From positions 119,778 to 183,777 of the forward strand of contig CBDAQD010000001.1 of assembly GCA_965198845.1 (NCBI GenBank): a stretch of 64,000 nucleotides of DNA. Reading direction: 5' to 3'. The notes under the pieces were generated by a model. That model worked only from the letters and a program-made list of their open reading frames with translations. It had not been told where the DNA came from and made no database searches. This document shows positions 1 to 11,766 of the stretch, piece by piece (the first letter of the stretch is position 1; each line of letters begins with the position of its first letter). The translations under genes and the position numbers were made by a program. Source of the stretch: Hyphomicrobiales bacterium. GTDB taxonomy: Bacteria > Pseudomonadota > Alphaproteobacteria > Rhizobiales > JAJFHC01.

Positions 1-30
1 GGCCGGAAACCGCCGGCTAGTCCTGTCTCG

Positions 31-61
31 AACAAAAAAGGCGCGCCCCGAAGGACGCGCC
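31..61 (-). terminator. Rho-independent terminator downstream of pnp
   Basis: On the minus strand GGCGCG(n)CGCGCC forms a hairpin followed by TTTTTTG, immediately 3' of the pnp stop. Confidence 0.7.
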
Positions 62-92
62 TCTTAATCGTATGACCTCGCGGTCGGATGGA

Positions 93-2282
93 TCAGCCGG
101 CTTCCTTTTCGGACTCTTCCTGCTTGATCTCCTCGCCGGTCTCCTGGTCGACCACCTTCATCGACAGGCGGACCTTGCCGCGGTTGTCGAAGCCGAGCAG
201 CTTGACCTTGACCTCATCGCCCTCGTTGACGACGTCAGTGACCTTGCCGACCCGGCGCGGAGCCAGTTCGGAAATGTGCACTAGACCGTCACGCTGACCG
301 AAGAAGTTCACGAAGGCGCCGAAGTCCATGACCTTGACGACCTTGCCGTCGTAGATCTCGCCGACTTCCGGCTCGGCCACGATGGAGTTGATCCACTTGA
401 GCGCCGCCTTGATCGAGGCACCGTCGCTGGAGGCAACCTTGATAGTGCCGTCGTCGGAGATATCGATCTTGGCACCGGTCTCCTCGACGATCTGGCGGAT
501 GACCTTGCCGCCCGACCCGATAACGTCACGGATCTTGTCGACAGGAATGGAGATCTGCTCGATGCGCGGAGCGTATTCGCCCATCTCCGGCCGCGCCTCG
601 GTGAGCGCCTTGGCCATCTCGCCCAGGATGTGCATGCGCCCACCCTTGGCCTGCTCCAGAGCGATGCCCATGATCTCCTCGGTAATGCCGGTGATCTTGA
701 TATCCATCTGGAGCGACGTGATGCCCTGATCGGAACCGGCAACCTTGAAGTCCATGTCGCCGAGATGGTCCTCGTCGCCGAGGATATCGGACAGCACCGC
801 GAAGCGGTCCTCTTCCTTGATCAGGCCCATGGCGATGCCGGCCACCGGCCGGCGGATCGGAACACCTGCATCCATGAGTGCGAGCGACGTGCCGCAGACC
901 GTTGCCATGGACGAGGACCCGTTCGATTCAGTGATCTCGGAGACCACACGAAGCGTGTAGGGGAATTCCTCCTTGGGCGGCAGGACCGGACGGATGGCGC
1001 GCCAGGCAAGCTTTCCGTGGCCGACTTCGCGGCGACCGGTGAAGCCGACGCGGCCGGTTTCGCCGACGGAGTAAGGCGGGAAGTTGTAATGCAGCAGGAA
1101 GGATTCCTTGTAGGTACCTTCCAGCGCATCGACGAACTGCTCGTCCTCGCCCGTGCCGAGCGTGGTGACCACGATCGCCTGGGTCTCGCCGCGGGTGAAC
1201 AGTGCCGTACCGTGCGTGCGCGGCAGGATCCCGACTTCGGCGACGATCGGGCGGACCGTGCTTAGGTCACGGCCGTCGATACGGACCTTGGTGTCCAGGA
1301 TCGAATTGCGGACGATGTTCTTTTCGAGAGACTTGAACGCCTCGCCGACCTGCTGCGGGTTCTCTCCGTCCTCGGAGTCTTCCGGGCAGAGTTCGGCCAT
1401 GACCTTGTCTTTGGTCTCGTCGACCATGTCGCGGCGGGTCGTCTTGTCCGCTTCGCCGTAGGCCTTGCGCAAATCGTCTTCCGCGATTGTCGCGACGCGG
1501 GCCGACAGTTCGGACAGATCCTGGACTTCGACGTCGCGAGGCTCGCGGGCGCACTTCTCAGCAAGGCTGATGATCGCGTCGATCACCGGCTGGAAGCCCT
1601 TGTGGCCGAAGGTCACCGCGCCGAGCATGATTTCCTCGGACAGTTCCTTGGCTTCGGACTCGACCATCAGGACAGCGTCCTCGGTGCCGGCCACGACAAG
1701 GTCGAGGTCGGTGTCGGGCATCTGGTCGAGGGACGGGTTCAGCACGTATTCGCCGTCGATGTATCCGACGCGCGCGGCGCCGATCGGACCCATGAACGGA
1801 ATCCCGGAAATCGTCAGCGCGGCGGACACCGCCACCATGGCAACGATGTCGGGATCGTTCTCCATGTCGTGGCTCATCACAGTGGCGATGATCTGGGTCT
1901 CGTTCTTGAAACCTTTTGCGAACAGCGGCCGGATTGGGCGGTCGATGAGGCGCGAGGTCAGGGTTTCCTTCTCGGAAGGACGGCCTTCACGCTTGAAAAA
2001 GCCGCCCGGAATCTTGCCGGCGGCGTAGGTTTTTTCCTGGTAGTTGACCGTGAGGGGAAAGAAGTCCAGACCGGGTTTCGGCTGACGTTCCGCGACCGCT
2101 GTCGCAAGAACCGTCGTGTCGCCGTAGCTGACCATGACGGCGCCGTCGGCCTGGCGGGCAATCTTGCCCGTTTCGATCACCAGCGGACGGTCGCCCCAGG
2201 TGATCTCTTCGCGATGTATTGTAAACATATTTCTTCCTGTACTGCCCCGTGCCGCATTTGAAACTTCCACCGCGGCTCGCAT
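93..2282 (-). CDS. pnp: Polyribonucleotide nucleotidyltransferase (PNPase)
   Basis: 729-aa ORF with RNase PH-like repeats and KH/S1 C-terminus ([12 protein letters not shown]..., [12 protein letters not shown] motifs). It lies downstream of rpsO as in the classical operon. Confidence 0.97.
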   Translation of the reverse strand: MRAAVEVSNAARGSTGRNMFTIHREEITWGDRPLVIETGKIARQADGAVMVSYGDTTVLATAVAERQPKPGLDFFPLTVNYQEKTYAAGKIPGGFFKREGRPSEKETLTSRLIDRPIRPLFAKGFKNETQIIATVMSHDMENDPDIVAMVAVSAALTISGIPFMGPIGAARVGYIDGEYVLNPSLDQMPDTDLDLVVAGTEDAVLMVESEAKELSEEIMLGAVTFGHKGFQPVIDAIISLAEKCAREPRDVEVQDLSELSARVATIAEDDLRKAYGEADKTTRRDMVDETKDKVMAELCPEDSEDGENPQQVGEAFKSLEKNIVRNSILDTKVRIDGRDLSTVRPIVAEVGILPRTHGTALFTRGETQAIVVTTLGTGEDEQFVDALEGTYKESFLLHYNFPPYSVGETGRVGFTGRREVGHGKLAWRAIRPVLPPKEEFPYTLRVVSEITESNGSSSMATVCGTSLALMDAGVPIRRPVAGIAMGLIKEEDRFAVLSDILGDEDHLGDMDFKVAGSDQGITSLQMDIKITGITEEIMGIALEQAKGGRMHILGEMAKALTEARPEMGEYAPRIEQISIPVDKIRDVIGSGGKVIRQIVEETGAKIDISDDGTIKVASSDGASIKAALKWINSIVAEPEVGEIYDGKVVKVMDFGAFVNFFGQRDGLVHISELAPRRVGKVTDVVNEGDEVKVKLLGFDNRGKVRLSMKVVDQETGEEIKQEESEKEAG

Positions 2283-2374
2283 ATGGGGCTATGGAGCTGC
2301 CCGGCCCCATTGCCGGACGCTCGATTTGCAGTCGGCCTTGCGGTCCGTCACGGACCGGTCCGCCGAGAATTGCG

Positions 2375-2644
2375 TCAACGGCGAATGCCCAGACGCTTGA
2401 TGATGTCCTGATAACGAGCTTCGTCGCGCGACTTTACATAGTCGAGCAGACGACGGCGCTGGCTCACCATCTTGAGCAGACCACGGCGCGAATGATTGTC
2501 CTTCGCATGGGTCTTGAAGTGGTCGGTGAGATTCTTGATGCGCTCTGTGAGGATGGCCACCTGGACTTCCGGTGACCCGGTGTCGCCGCTCTTGGTGGCG
2601 AATTCGGTCATGAGCTCGCTCTTGCGCTCAGGCGTAATCGACAT
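2375..2644 (-). CDS. rpsO: 30S ribosomal protein S15
   Basis: MSITPERK...RLGIRR, 89 aa from the internal ATG at 2644. The ORF-track start at 2695 is an upstream extension. Confidence 0.95.
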   Translation of the reverse strand: MSITPERKSELMTEFATKSGDTGSPEVQVAILTERIKNLTDHFKTHAKDNHSRRGLLKMVSQRRRLLDYVKSRDEARYQDIIKRLGIRR

Positions 2645-2672
2645 CGTGTACTCCGTATGTTGGTGCCGGCCT

Positions 2673-3599
2673 TCAGCCGGCGAGGTTAAAGACACGCTTG
2701 GGATGAATGGCGCCCTGTTTCACTTCGGCCAGTGCGATCGGATTGCCCCCCGATGCGACCAAAACCGTTCCGTGAAGGATAGGAGCGTCACGCCCGCGTA
2801 AAATGACGGCCTGTCCTCGCTTGAGGCGGGCCGCCTCTGCTCCGCTTACGGCCAGTGCCGGGATGTCGTCCAGCGCGGTCTCCACGGAACACAAGTGTTC
2901 AGCCAGGCTGTCCTGGCCGGCCGGAATATGGCTCAACTCTTTGAGATAATCCAGCGAAATCATATCGTCTTCATCGAACGGCCCGACGCGGGTCCGGCGC
3001 AGTGCGCTGACGTGTCCGTAGGTTCCCAGCCGCCTGCCCATGTCGCGGGCGAGCGCGCGGACATATGTTCCCTTCGAACATTCCGCCTCGAAGACGGTTT
3101 CATCGGAACCTGTCATCTCGGCAATCGTCAGACTATCGATGGTGACGGCACGCGCCTCGAGTTCGACCTTCTCGCCCTCGCGGGCAAGGTCGTATGCCCT
3201 CTCGCCGTCTACCTTGATGGCGGAGTATTTCGGCGGGGTCTGCATGATCTCGCCGGTGAATTCGGGGAGAATCTGCTCGATGTCTTCCCGGGACGGGCGG
3301 CTGTCACTGCGCTCGGCGACATTTCCTTCGGCATCGTCGGTTTCGGTTTCCGCGCCCCAGGCAACCGTGAACCGGTAGGTCTTGGCGCCATCCATGACGT
3401 AGGAAACCGTCTTCGTGGCTTCGCCCAGAGCAATCGGAAGCAGGCCTGTTGCCAGCGGATCGAGGGTGCCGCCGTGACCGGCCTTCTGCGCGTCAAAGAT
3501 ACGCCGGACCGCACCGACGGCCTGGGTCGACGTCATGCCAAGCGGCTTGTCGAGAATCACCCAGCCATGCACCGGCCGGCCCCTGCGCCTCCTGGGCAT
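2673..3599 (-). CDS. truB: tRNA pseudouridine(55) synthase
   Basis: Has the TruB signature ([12 protein letters not shown]) and a PUA-like C-terminus. Position rbfA-truB-rpsO is conserved. Confidence 0.95.
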   Translation of the reverse strand: MPRRRRGRPVHGWVILDKPLGMTSTQAVGAVRRIFDAQKAGHGGTLDPLATGLLPIALGEATKTVSYVMDGAKTYRFTVAWGAETETDDAEGNVAERSDSRPSREDIEQILPEFTGEIMQTPPKYSAIKVDGERAYDLAREGEKVELEARAVTIDSLTIAEMTGSDETVFEAECSKGTYVRALARDMGRRLGTYGHVSALRRTRVGPFDEDDMISLDYLKELSHIPAGQDSLAEHLCSVETALDDIPALAVSGAEAARLKRGQAVILRGRDAPILHGTVLVASGGNPIALAEVKQGAIHPKRVFNLAG

Positions 3600-3604
3600 G
3601 GCCC

Positions 3605-4009
3605 TTAACCCGTTTCCTGGTCCCGCCCGGTCAGATCCTGCGCCACGCGCGGGTCATCGAGCAGCCGGTCGATGCTCGCCGACCGGTCGAAGGAGGTATC
3701 GAGTTCGAACCGCAGCTCAGGCGTGTGCTTCAAGCTGACGGCCCGTGAAAGAAAACCACGGATCTGCTTTCTCGAGCGCTGCAGCGCCTCGACAATCTCG
3801 GTCTGCCTGACGCCGCCCAGAGGCATGACATAGGCAGTCGCCTGCTTGAGATCGGGGCTGACGCTCACTTCGAGCACCGTGATGACGGCGCCGTCCAGAC
3901 CGGGATCGCTGATCTCACCGCGGGTGATCATGTCGGAAAGGGCGTGGCGCAACAGCTCTCCGACACGCAACTGCCGCTGGCTCGGCTGCCGGCCGCTTCG
4001 TGAAGACAT
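3605..4009 (-). CDS. rbfA: Ribosome-binding factor A
   Basis: 134 aa RbfA-like (LRVGELLRHALSDMI...). It sits downstream of infB. Confidence 0.93.
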   Translation of the reverse strand: MSSRSGRQPSQRQLRVGELLRHALSDMITRGEISDPGLDGAVITVLEVSVSPDLKQATAYVMPLGGVRQTEIVEALQRSRKQIRGFLSRAVSLKHTPELRFELDTSFDRSASIDRLLDDPRVAQDLTGRDQETG

Positions 4010-4061
4010 GTTGTCCTCTTGGATTCAAGTGGGGACCGGCGCAAAACCGCGCCGGTACCGG

Positions 4062-6626
4062 TTACAGGCTCCGGGCGACCTCTTCGACCTCGAAGCATTC
4101 AATCACGTCACCGACCTTGAGATCCTGATAGTTCTCGAAGGCCATGCCGCATTCCTGACCGCCGGCAACTTCCTTGACCTCGTCCTTGAAGCGCTTGAGC
4201 GTTGACAGCTTGCCTTCGTGGATGACGACATCGTCCCGGATCAGGCGGACGCTTGCGCCGCGCTGGACATTGCCTTCCGTGACCCGGCAGCCGGCGACCT
4301 TGCCGACCTTCGAGACGTTGAAGACCTCCAGGATCTCGGCATTGCCGAGGAAGTGTTCGCGCAGTGTCGGCGCGAGCATGCCCGACATGGCCGACTTCAC
4401 GTCGTCAACGAGATCGTAGATCACGTTGTAATAGCGGATCTCCAGCCCGGCCTGATCGGCGGCCTGGCGGGCCTGCTGGTTGGCGCGCACATTAAAGCCG
4501 ATGATGATCGCTTCGGATGCCGTGGCAAGCGACACGTCGGATTCCGTAATGCCGCCAACGCCGCTGTGGACGACCCGGGCGCCGACCTCTTCGGTGCCGA
4601 GATTGTCCAGCGCGCCGACAATGGCTTCCGCCGAACCCTGCACATCGGACTTGATCAGGATCGGGATTTCCTTGCGACCGGCTTCCTGGAGCTGATTCAT
4701 CATCTGCTCCAGCGAGCTGCGGGCCACCGGCGCACCGCGCATTTCGCGACGCTTGCGCTGCCTGTATTCGGTGATTTCGCGGGCACGACCCTCGTTCTCG
4801 ACGACAGCGAACTGGTCGCCGGCTTCGGGCGCACCGGTCAGACCAAGAACCTCGACCGGAACCGACGGCCCGGCAGTCTCGACGTTTTCGCCCTGGTCGT
4901 TGATCAGAGCCCGCACGCGGCCCCATTCCGCACCGGCGACAAAAATGTCACCGACATTGAGCGTGCCGCGCTGAACCAGAACGGTCGCGACCGGGCCCCG
5001 GCCGCGATCAAGCTTGGCCTCGATCACGATGCCGTCCGCATCGCGGTCGGGATTGGCCTTGAGCTCAAGCAGTTCGGACTGCAGAAGGATGGCCTCCTGA
5101 AGCTTGTCCAGGCCTGTCTTCTGCAGGGCAGACACCTCGACCTCGAGGACGTCGCCGCCCATGCTTTCGACGAACACATCGTTCTGAAGCAATTCGTTGC
5201 GGACGCGTGTCGGGTCACCGTCGGGTTTGTCGATCTTGTTGATCGCAACGATGATCGGTACCTCGGCGGCCTTGGCGTGGTTGATCGCTTCCTTGGTCTG
5301 CGGCATGACGCCGTCGTCAGCGGCAACGACCAGGACGACAATGTCCGTGGCCTTGGCGCCGCGGGCGCGCATCGCCGTGAAGGCCTCGTGGCCGGGAGTG
5401 TCGAGGAAGGTGATTTTCTGACCGTCCTCGCTGGTGATCTGGTAGGCGCCGATATGCTGCGTGATGCCGCCGGCTTCGCCCGCCACCACGTTGGTCTCGC
5501 GCATGGCGTCAAGCAGGGACGTCTTACCGTGGTCAACGTGACCCATGATCGTCACGACTGCGGCCCGGCCCTGAAGAACATCTTCGGTGTCCTCCTCGCC
5601 CATGATGCCTTCCTCGACATCGGCGTCGGAGACACGCTTTACGCTGTGGCCCAGTTCCTCGGCGACGAGTTGCGCCGTGTCGGCGTCGATAATGTCGTTG
5701 ATCTTGTGCATCTGCCCCTGCTTCATCAGCAGCTTGATGACATCGACGGCACGTTCCGCCATGCGGTTGGCGAGTTCCTGGATCGTGATGACTTCCGGAA
5801 CCACGACTTCGCGCGAAATCTTCTGCTGCGGATCGGAATCCTGTCCGGCGCGCTTCTCGCGCTCGCGTCTGCGGCGGATCGAAGCCAGAGACCGCTGGCG
5901 CGGCGAATCGTCAAGCGCATTCGAGATCGTAAGCTTGCCGCGGCGGCGCGGCTGATCGCCCTTGCGCCCCGGGCTGGACCTGTCGTCAGCCTTGCCCTTC
6001 CGTCCCTTCGGAGCCTCCGCCGGGCGCGGTGCCGCCGGCTTGGCGTCCTGGGCGGGACTCGGCTTCGTCGTTGCCGCGCCTTCCGACTCGGTCCGTTTCG
6101 CCGCTTCTTCCTCGGCTTTCTGGCGGGCTTCCTCCTCGGCCTTCAGGCGCGCGTCTTCCTCGGCCTGGCGTGCTTCGGCCGCCTCGCGCTCTATCTTCTG
6201 GGCTTCTTCTTCGGCGGACCGGCGGCGGGCTTCTTCCTCGGCACGCTTGCGTTCTTCGGCCTCGCGTACACGGGCATCCGCCAGAGCCTGCGCCCGGGCA
6301 TCCTTCTCTTCGTCGGTCAGCGTCCGGAGGACTACGCCCGAGCGCGAGTCGGCAGCATCGCTCGAACCCGTGTCCGGGGCCGGCTTCGTCGCCGCAGGCG
6401 TCTCGGCAGCCTTCTTGGGCTCCGCCTTCGCCTCGACCGGCGTCTCCGCAGCCTGACCCGGCGCGGTGATCGTGCGCTTGCGCTTCTTCTCGACTAGAAC
6501 CGACTTGGACCGGCCATGCGAAAAGTTCTGGCGCACATGTCCGGATTCGACAGTGCGCCGAAGGCTGAGCGTCTTGCCGCCTCTCGCCTTCGTCTTGTTT
6601 TCGCCTGTGTCCTTGGTTTCGCTCAT
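4062..6626 (-). CDS. infB: Translation initiation factor IF-2
   Basis: 854 aa with a low-complexity Ala/Glu/Arg-rich N-terminus, a GTPase domain ([25 protein letters not shown]) and the IF-2 C-terminal domain. Confidence 0.97.
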   Translation of the reverse strand: MSETKDTGENKTKARGGKTLSLRRTVESGHVRQNFSHGRSKSVLVEKKRKRTITAPGQAAETPVEAKAEPKKAAETPAATKPAPDTGSSDAADSRSGVVLRTLTDEEKDARAQALADARVREAEERKRAEEEARRRSAEEEAQKIEREAAEARQAEEDARLKAEEEARQKAEEEAAKRTESEGAATTKPSPAQDAKPAAPRPAEAPKGRKGKADDRSSPGRKGDQPRRRGKLTISNALDDSPRQRSLASIRRRREREKRAGQDSDPQQKISREVVVPEVITIQELANRMAERAVDVIKLLMKQGQMHKINDIIDADTAQLVAEELGHSVKRVSDADVEEGIMGEEDTEDVLQGRAAVVTIMGHVDHGKTSLLDAMRETNVVAGEAGGITQHIGAYQITSEDGQKITFLDTPGHEAFTAMRARGAKATDIVVLVVAADDGVMPQTKEAINHAKAAEVPIIVAINKIDKPDGDPTRVRNELLQNDVFVESMGGDVLEVEVSALQKTGLDKLQEAILLQSELLELKANPDRDADGIVIEAKLDRGRGPVATVLVQRGTLNVGDIFVAGAEWGRVRALINDQGENVETAGPSVPVEVLGLTGAPEAGDQFAVVENEGRAREITEYRQRKRREMRGAPVARSSLEQMMNQLQEAGRKEIPILIKSDVQGSAEAIVGALDNLGTEEVGARVVHSGVGGITESDVSLATASEAIIIGFNVRANQQARQAADQAGLEIRYYNVIYDLVDDVKSAMSGMLAPTLREHFLGNAEILEVFNVSKVGKVAGCRVTEGNVQRGASVRLIRDDVVIHEGKLSTLKRFKDEVKEVAGGQECGMAFENYQDLKVGDVIECFEVEEVARSL

Positions 6627-6688
6627 TCCACTTATACTTTCTTCCGCACCGCCTCAGACGGTGTCGAACACTACCCTACCGCACGCGT

Positions 6689-7288
6689 TTAGACCCCGAA
6701 GCCCTCGAGTCGCCGCGCCGCGGCGAGAAATTCGTCGCCAAGCCGTCCGCTGATCAGGCCAGCATGTACCACATTTGTACGCCCCAATGCCAAGCTCAAT
6801 TGCTCTATTTTAAAACAACTTACTATTCGCGTTTCACCCTCCGCACCCGGCCCTGCAGCAGCAACAAACTTTTTTCGCAGTTTTTTGCGACCGTCGTCCG
6901 CTCCGTCCGCCGCTTCTATCAGTATATCCGCCACACCCTTGGCAATCAGTCCTTCCACTTTCGCGAAGCCGGTCGAGACCAGACCGGCCCGGTTCGCCAG
7001 ACCAAGCAGATTCAGCGCCCGGTCCCTGAGAAGTGCCGCCACCAGATCTGCCAGGTCGGGCCGTGCTTCGGCTGGACCACGAAACGCCCGCGCGAACAGT
7101 TTCTTGTCCACAGCCCTGCCGATCAACTCGGCGCTGGCCGTGACCCAGACGCCGCGGCCCGGCAATTTGGCCTTTAGATCCGGCACAACGCGATTTTCCG
7201 GATCCAGTACGAACCTGATCAGGTCCTCGCGTGGCTGAACTGTCCGCGTGACGATACAGGTTCGTTCGGACATGTCATCGTCCGGCAA
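6689..7288 (-). CDS. YlxR(DUF448)/L7Ae-like RNA-binding protein of the nusA-infB operon
   Basis: 199 aa with an N-terminal C-x-V-T-R-like YlxR motif (RTCIVTR) between nusA and infB. This is the typical alphaproteobacterial fusion. Confidence 0.8.
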   Translation of the reverse strand: MPDDDMSERTCIVTRTVQPREDLIRFVLDPENRVVPDLKAKLPGRGVWVTASAELIGRAVDKKLFARAFRGPAEARPDLADLVAALLRDRALNLLGLANRAGLVSTGFAKVEGLIAKGVADILIEAADGADDGRKKLRKKFVAAAGPGAEGETRIVSCFKIEQLSLALGRTNVVHAGLISGRLGDEFLAAARRLEGFGV

Positions 7289-7295
7289 AGCGTCG

Positions 7296-8957
7296 TCAGG
7301 CCTGCTCGCTGTCTCCGGCGGGCACCTCTTCGGTGGCCTCGCCCGTTTCTTCGCCGGCCTCTTCGCCTTCCTCTTCCTCCTCCTGCGGACCCGCCAGATC
7401 CTCTTCCGTAATCCATCCGGCCTTCAGGCGCGCAGCCATGATCATAGCCTCGGCTTCCGCCGCGCTGATATCCATGCCGTCAAACAGACCCGGATGGCGT
7501 GTCACCTCGCCATCCTTGCGCTCGTTCCACCCCGTCAGCTCGTCGGTCGCACAGCCGGCAAAATCCTCAACGGACTTCACGTCGTCCTCACCCAGGGCGA
7601 CCATCATCGCGGTCGTCATGCCGGCGATCTCCCGGAGTTCTTCGGATACGCCCATCTCCTGGCATTTGGCCGAGAGCTCGGCCTCGATGCGCTCGAGATG
7701 CTCGCGGGCCCGCGCCTGGATCTCCGTCGCGGTTTCCTCATCGAAACCCTCGATGTCGGCCACTTCCTCGACCGGGACATAGGCGACCTCATCGATCGTG
7801 CTGAAGCCTTCGGACGCAAGCAGCTGCGCGATCATCTCGTCCACATCCAGCACTTCGGCGAACATTTCGCTGCGCTGAACGAATTCGGCCTGGCGACGCT
7901 CGGACTCCTCGGCCTCGGTCATGATGTCGATGTCCCAACCCGTGAGCTGCGACGCCAGACGAACATTCTGTCCGCGCCGGCCGATGGCCAGGCTCAACTG
8001 ATCGTCCGGCACGACCACCTCGATCCGTTCCGCATCTTCATCGAGCACGACCTTTACGACCTCGGCGGGCGCAAGCCCGTTGACGATGAATGTTGCGGCA
8101 TCGGGCGACCACTGAATGATATCGATCTTCTCGCCCTGCAGCTCGTTCACAACCGCCTGGACACGGCTGCCGCGCATGCCGACGCAGGCGCCGACGGGAT
8201 CGATCGAACTGTCCTTTGACAGAACGGCGATCTTTGCGCGGCTGCCCGGATCGCGTGCCACCGCCATGATCTCGATGATGCCGTCATAGATCTCCGGCAC
8301 TTCCTGGGAGAAAAGCTTGGCCATGAATTCCGGATGGGTCCGCGACAGGAAGATCTGCGGGCCGCGCTGCTCGCGTCGGACGTCGTAGACATAGGCCCTG
8401 ATGCGGTCACCGTTGCGGAAGTTCTCGCGCGGCAGCGATTCGTCGCGGCGGACAATCGCCTCGCCGCGACCAAGATCGACAATGACGTTGCCGTATTCGA
8501 CCCGCTTGACGATGCCGTGCACGATGTCGCCAATGCGATCCTTGTATTCCTCGTACTGGCGCTCGCGCTCGGCGTCGCGGACCTTCTGGACGATGACCTG
8601 CTTCGCGTTCTGCGCGGCAATGCGGCCGAAGTCGATCGGCGGCAGCGGCTCCGCGATGAAGTCGCCGACCTGGGCGGCAGGGTTGCGGGCCTTGGCCTCG
8701 TCCAGGCTGATCTGAACAGCCTCCATATCAACGGTCTCGACCACTTCGAGCAGGCGGTTCAACCTGATTTCGCCGGTATTCGGATCGATCTCGGCCCGGA
8801 TCTCGTTTTCACTTCCGTAACGCGATCTGGCCGCACGCTGGATCGCATCCTCCATGGCGCCGATGACGACTTCGCGTTCGATGGATTTCTCCCGTGCCAC
8901 CGAGTCGGCGATCTGGAGGAGTTCAAGCCTATTTGCACTAACGGCTGTTTCTGACAT
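7296..8957 (-). CDS. nusA: Transcription termination/antitermination factor NusA
   Basis: 553 aa with S1/KH domains and an acidic C-terminal tail. It lies between rimP and ylxR. Confidence 0.96.
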   Translation of the reverse strand: MSETAVSANRLELLQIADSVAREKSIEREVVIGAMEDAIQRAARSRYGSENEIRAEIDPNTGEIRLNRLLEVVETVDMEAVQISLDEAKARNPAAQVGDFIAEPLPPIDFGRIAAQNAKQVIVQKVRDAERERQYEEYKDRIGDIVHGIVKRVEYGNVIVDLGRGEAIVRRDESLPRENFRNGDRIRAYVYDVRREQRGPQIFLSRTHPEFMAKLFSQEVPEIYDGIIEIMAVARDPGSRAKIAVLSKDSSIDPVGACVGMRGSRVQAVVNELQGEKIDIIQWSPDAATFIVNGLAPAEVVKVVLDEDAERIEVVVPDDQLSLAIGRRGQNVRLASQLTGWDIDIMTEAEESERRQAEFVQRSEMFAEVLDVDEMIAQLLASEGFSTIDEVAYVPVEEVADIEGFDEETATEIQARAREHLERIEAELSAKCQEMGVSEELREIAGMTTAMMVALGEDDVKSVEDFAGCATDELTGWNERKDGEVTRHPGLFDGMDISAAEAEAMIMAARLKAGWITEEDLAGPQEEEEEGEEAGEETGEATEEVPAGDSEQA

Positions 8958-8979
8958 GGATCCTCTCCGTTCCTTTGAT

Positions 8980-9597
8980 CTATTTGTCCCGCTTCGGGGC
9001 TCCGTCGGCCCCGTTGTTCTGTTTCTTCAACGACTCACGCACCAGCTTGTCAGTCATGACCAGCCGAGCTTCCGCAATGCCGTCGAACGGCAACCCTATG
9101 ACGACGGGCTCCTGGCCCGGTTCCACTTCGAAATACAGGCGAACCTCACCGTCCTCGAATCCTTCGAGGACCCCGCGAAATCGGCGGCGTCCGGCCTGCA
9201 ATTCGACCATCTCGATCTTAGCCTCGTGGCCCGCCCAGCGTTCGAAATCGCCCGGCCGCACCAGCGGCCTGTCGATACCGGGTGACGAAACCTCGAGCAC
9301 GTAACCGCCGGGAACCGGATCCTCGACGTCCAGAATCGGAGAGAACGTGCGGCTCACCAGCTCACAGTCCTCGATCGTCATCGCGCCGTCCGGACGCTCG
9401 GCCATAATCTGGACCGTGCACCCGCTCTGCCCTGTCACGCGGACACGGACAAGACGGAAGCCGATGCCATCCAGCACGGGCTCCGCGAGTTCGGCAATCC
9501 GGCGCGCAAGCCCGGTCTCGCGCACAAGACGGCGCTCCAGATCATGCACATCATTCTCTAGTGTCATCGCGGCCATCGACACCGGTTCAAATAACAA
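8980..9597 (-). CDS. rimP: Ribosome maturation factor RimP
   Basis: RimP-like core (YVLEVSSPGIDRPL) directly upstream of nusA. The exact start is uncertain, with several in-frame Met codons. Confidence 0.9.
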   Translation of the reverse strand: MLFEPVSMAAMTLENDVHDLERRLVRETGLARRIAELAEPVLDGIGFRLVRVRVTGQSGCTVQIMAERPDGAMTIEDCELVSRTFSPILDVEDPVPGGYVLEVSSPGIDRPLVRPGDFERWAGHEAKIEMVELQAGRRRFRGVLEGFEDGEVRLYFEVEPGQEPVVIGLPFDGIAEARLVMTDKLVRESLKKQNNGADGAPKRDK

Positions 9598-9620
9598 AAA
9601 AAGCGGACCCCGCGGGGTCC
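9590..9620 (-). terminator. Rho-independent terminator downstream of trmB
   Basis: Minus strand GGACCCCGCGGGGTCC hairpin followed by GCTTTTTTTGTT. Confidence 0.7.
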
Positions 9621-9738
9621 ACTCTCAAAACATCCGGACTGGTCCGGCTATGTGAGAATGTCCATAGAACGCGCGGATCATAGCGGTTCGGATGGGGAAG
9701 GCAAGACCTTTTGTGAGTCGTCCCAGATGCCGCTTTCT

Positions 9739-10467
9739 TCAATCCGGCGCCGAGTGCCGCTCACGTCTCTCGAAAGTCAGATAGGCCGGGACCCTGCCGG
9801 CATCAAGAGCCTTGCGTTCGTATCGCGTCTGCGGCCAGTCGTCGGGCCTGTCACGCCAGTCGCGCGGCGACCGCGCCGTCCACCTGAAACCGCCATGACG
9901 ATGAACGTGCTCGAGCGTCCAGCGAACATAATCGGAGATGTCGGACGCAAACCTGAACTCTCCACCGTCAGTCAGGACGCGGGCCAGCCTGTCGAGGTTT
10001 TCGGCCGACACGAAACGGCGCTTGTTGTGCCGCAGCTTCGGCCACGGGTCAGGGTAAAGGAGAAAGATCCGTTCGAGGCAGGCGTCGGGCAGACGATCCA
10101 GAAGATCGCGCGCGTCATCGTCATGCACGCGGACATTGGAAACGGCATAATCCTCGATCTGCCGCAGCAGGCTCGCCACTCCGTTGATGAACGGTTCGCA
10201 TCCGACAAAACCGACGCCGGGATTGTTTACCGCCTGCCAGATGAGATGCTCGCCGCTGCCGAAGCCGATCTCAAGCCAGAGGCATTCACGAGGCGGATCG
10301 AAGAGATCCCCGAGAGACATGTCCGCAACAGCATCAAGGTCGACGCGAATCTCCGGCAGCAACTCGTCCATGAGACGCTGCTGCCCCTTGCGCAGCTTGT
10401 GGCCCTGGCGGCGGCCGTACAGGAGCCGGCGGTGATGTTCTGTGTCTGCGGACATGCCTTGCTGCAC
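9739..10467 (-). CDS. trmB: tRNA (guanine46-N7)-methyltransferase
   Basis: 242 aa with the SAM-MTase motif (LEIGFGSGEHL) and the TrmB family C-terminus. Confidence 0.93.
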   Translation of the reverse strand: MQQGMSADTEHHRRLLYGRRQGHKLRKGQQRLMDELLPEIRVDLDAVADMSLGDLFDPPRECLWLEIGFGSGEHLIWQAVNNPGVGFVGCEPFINGVASLLRQIEDYAVSNVRVHDDDARDLLDRLPDACLERIFLLYPDPWPKLRHNKRRFVSAENLDRLARVLTDGGEFRFASDISDYVRWTLEHVHRHGGFRWTARSPRDWRDRPDDWPQTRYERKALDAGRVPAYLTFERRERHSAPD

Positions 10468-10482
10468 CCCGCATTGGCGGCA

Positions 10483-11706
10483 TCAGGTCAAAGCCGACTT
10501 GATGCTCTCTGTCAGATCCGTGCGCTCCCAGGAAAAGCCGCCGTCATCGTCGGGTTCACGACCGAAATGCCCGTAAGCGGCAGTACGCTCGTAAATCGGA
10601 CGGCTGAGGCCGAGATGCTCACGAATGCCGCGCGGGCTCAGATCCATGACCTCGCCCAGCACGTTCTCGAGCCGCTCCTCGGAGACAGACCCGGTGCCAT
10701 GCAGATCGACATAGATCGACAGCGGCTTGGAAACGCCGATGGCGTAAGACAACTGGATTGTGCAGCGGTCCGCCAGCTCAGCCGCGACGACATTCTTGGC
10801 CAGATATCGTGCGGCATAGGCGGCAGAGCGGTCCACTTTCGTCGGGTCCTTGCCCGAGAATGCCCCGCCGCCGTGCGGTGCGGCACCACCGTAAGTGTCG
10901 ACAATGATCTTGCGGCCCGTCAGACCGGCGTCGCCGTCCGGACCGCCAATGACGAACTTTCCGGTCGGGTTGACGTAAAAATCCTCTTCGGGGCACATCC
11001 ATCCGTCAGGCAGAACGGCCTCGACAAACGGCCTGACACGGGCGCGAACATCGTCCTGGCTCAACCCTTCATCGTGCTGTGTCGATACCACGACGGACGT
11101 GGCGCGGACCGGCTTGCCGTTCTCGTAGGCCAGCGTGACCTGGCTCTTGGAATCCGGACCGAACCCTGTGCCACCGCCGTTATGCCGGGCGGCGGCCATG
11201 TCTCTCAATATCCGGTGCGAAAGGTAGATGGGCGCCGGCATGAGGTGTTCCGTCTCACGGCAGGCGTAACCGAACATGATGCCCTGATCGCCTGCGCCCT
11301 CGTCCTTGTTGCCAGCCGCATCGACACCCTGCGCGATGTCGGCTGACTGGCTGTGGACGTAGACCGCGACATCGGCATCGCGCCAGTGGAAACCGTCCTG
11401 CTCGTAGCCGATCTCCCGCACCGCGTTCCGGGCGATCTGCTCCAGCCGGTCGTGGGTGATGTCGGAAGGACCGCGGACCTCGCCGGCGAGTACGATGCGG
11501 TTTGTCGTGGTCAACGTTTCAACTGCGACACGCGACAGCGGATCAGCACCGAGATAGGCGTCGACGACGGCGTCGGAAATCCGGTCGCAAACCTTGTCGG
11601 GGTGGCCTTCAGAGACCGACTCGCTGGTGAACAGATAATTACTTCTTGGCACGGTATCCCTCTCCGGCTCGGCGGCGCCCGACGGCGCCGACCGTGATCC
11701 AGTCAT
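10483..11706 (-). CDS. metK: S-adenosylmethionine synthetase
   Basis: 407 aa with the MetK signatures ([13 protein letters not shown]; [19 protein letters not shown]). Confidence 0.97.
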   Translation of the reverse strand: MTGSRSAPSGAAEPERDTVPRSNYLFTSESVSEGHPDKVCDRISDAVVDAYLGADPLSRVAVETLTTTNRIVLAGEVRGPSDITHDRLEQIARNAVREIGYEQDGFHWRDADVAVYVHSQSADIAQGVDAAGNKDEGAGDQGIMFGYACRETEHLMPAPIYLSHRILRDMAAARHNGGGTGFGPDSKSQVTLAYENGKPVRATSVVVSTQHDEGLSQDDVRARVRPFVEAVLPDGWMCPEEDFYVNPTGKFVIGGPDGDAGLTGRKIIVDTYGGAAPHGGGAFSGKDPTKVDRSAAYAARYLAKNVVAAELADRCTIQLSYAIGVSKPLSIYVDLHGTGSVSEERLENVLGEVMDLSPRGIREHLGLSRPIYERTAAYGHFGREPDDDGGFSWERTDLTESIKSALT

Positions 11707-11766
11707 TTAAGCGCGCGATGTTCTGACAAGGAATCGGGAGACGGTCAAGGATTTAGCAACCGGATA

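Noticed and set aside
4218-6497. 759-aa plus-strand ORF
   Set aside because: Antisense to infB. Its low-complexity Arg/Ala/Gly-rich translation is typical of GC-rich antisense frames, and infB itself is unmistakable.
9652-11346. 564-aa plus-strand ORF
   Set aside because: Antisense across trmB and metK, with no domain.
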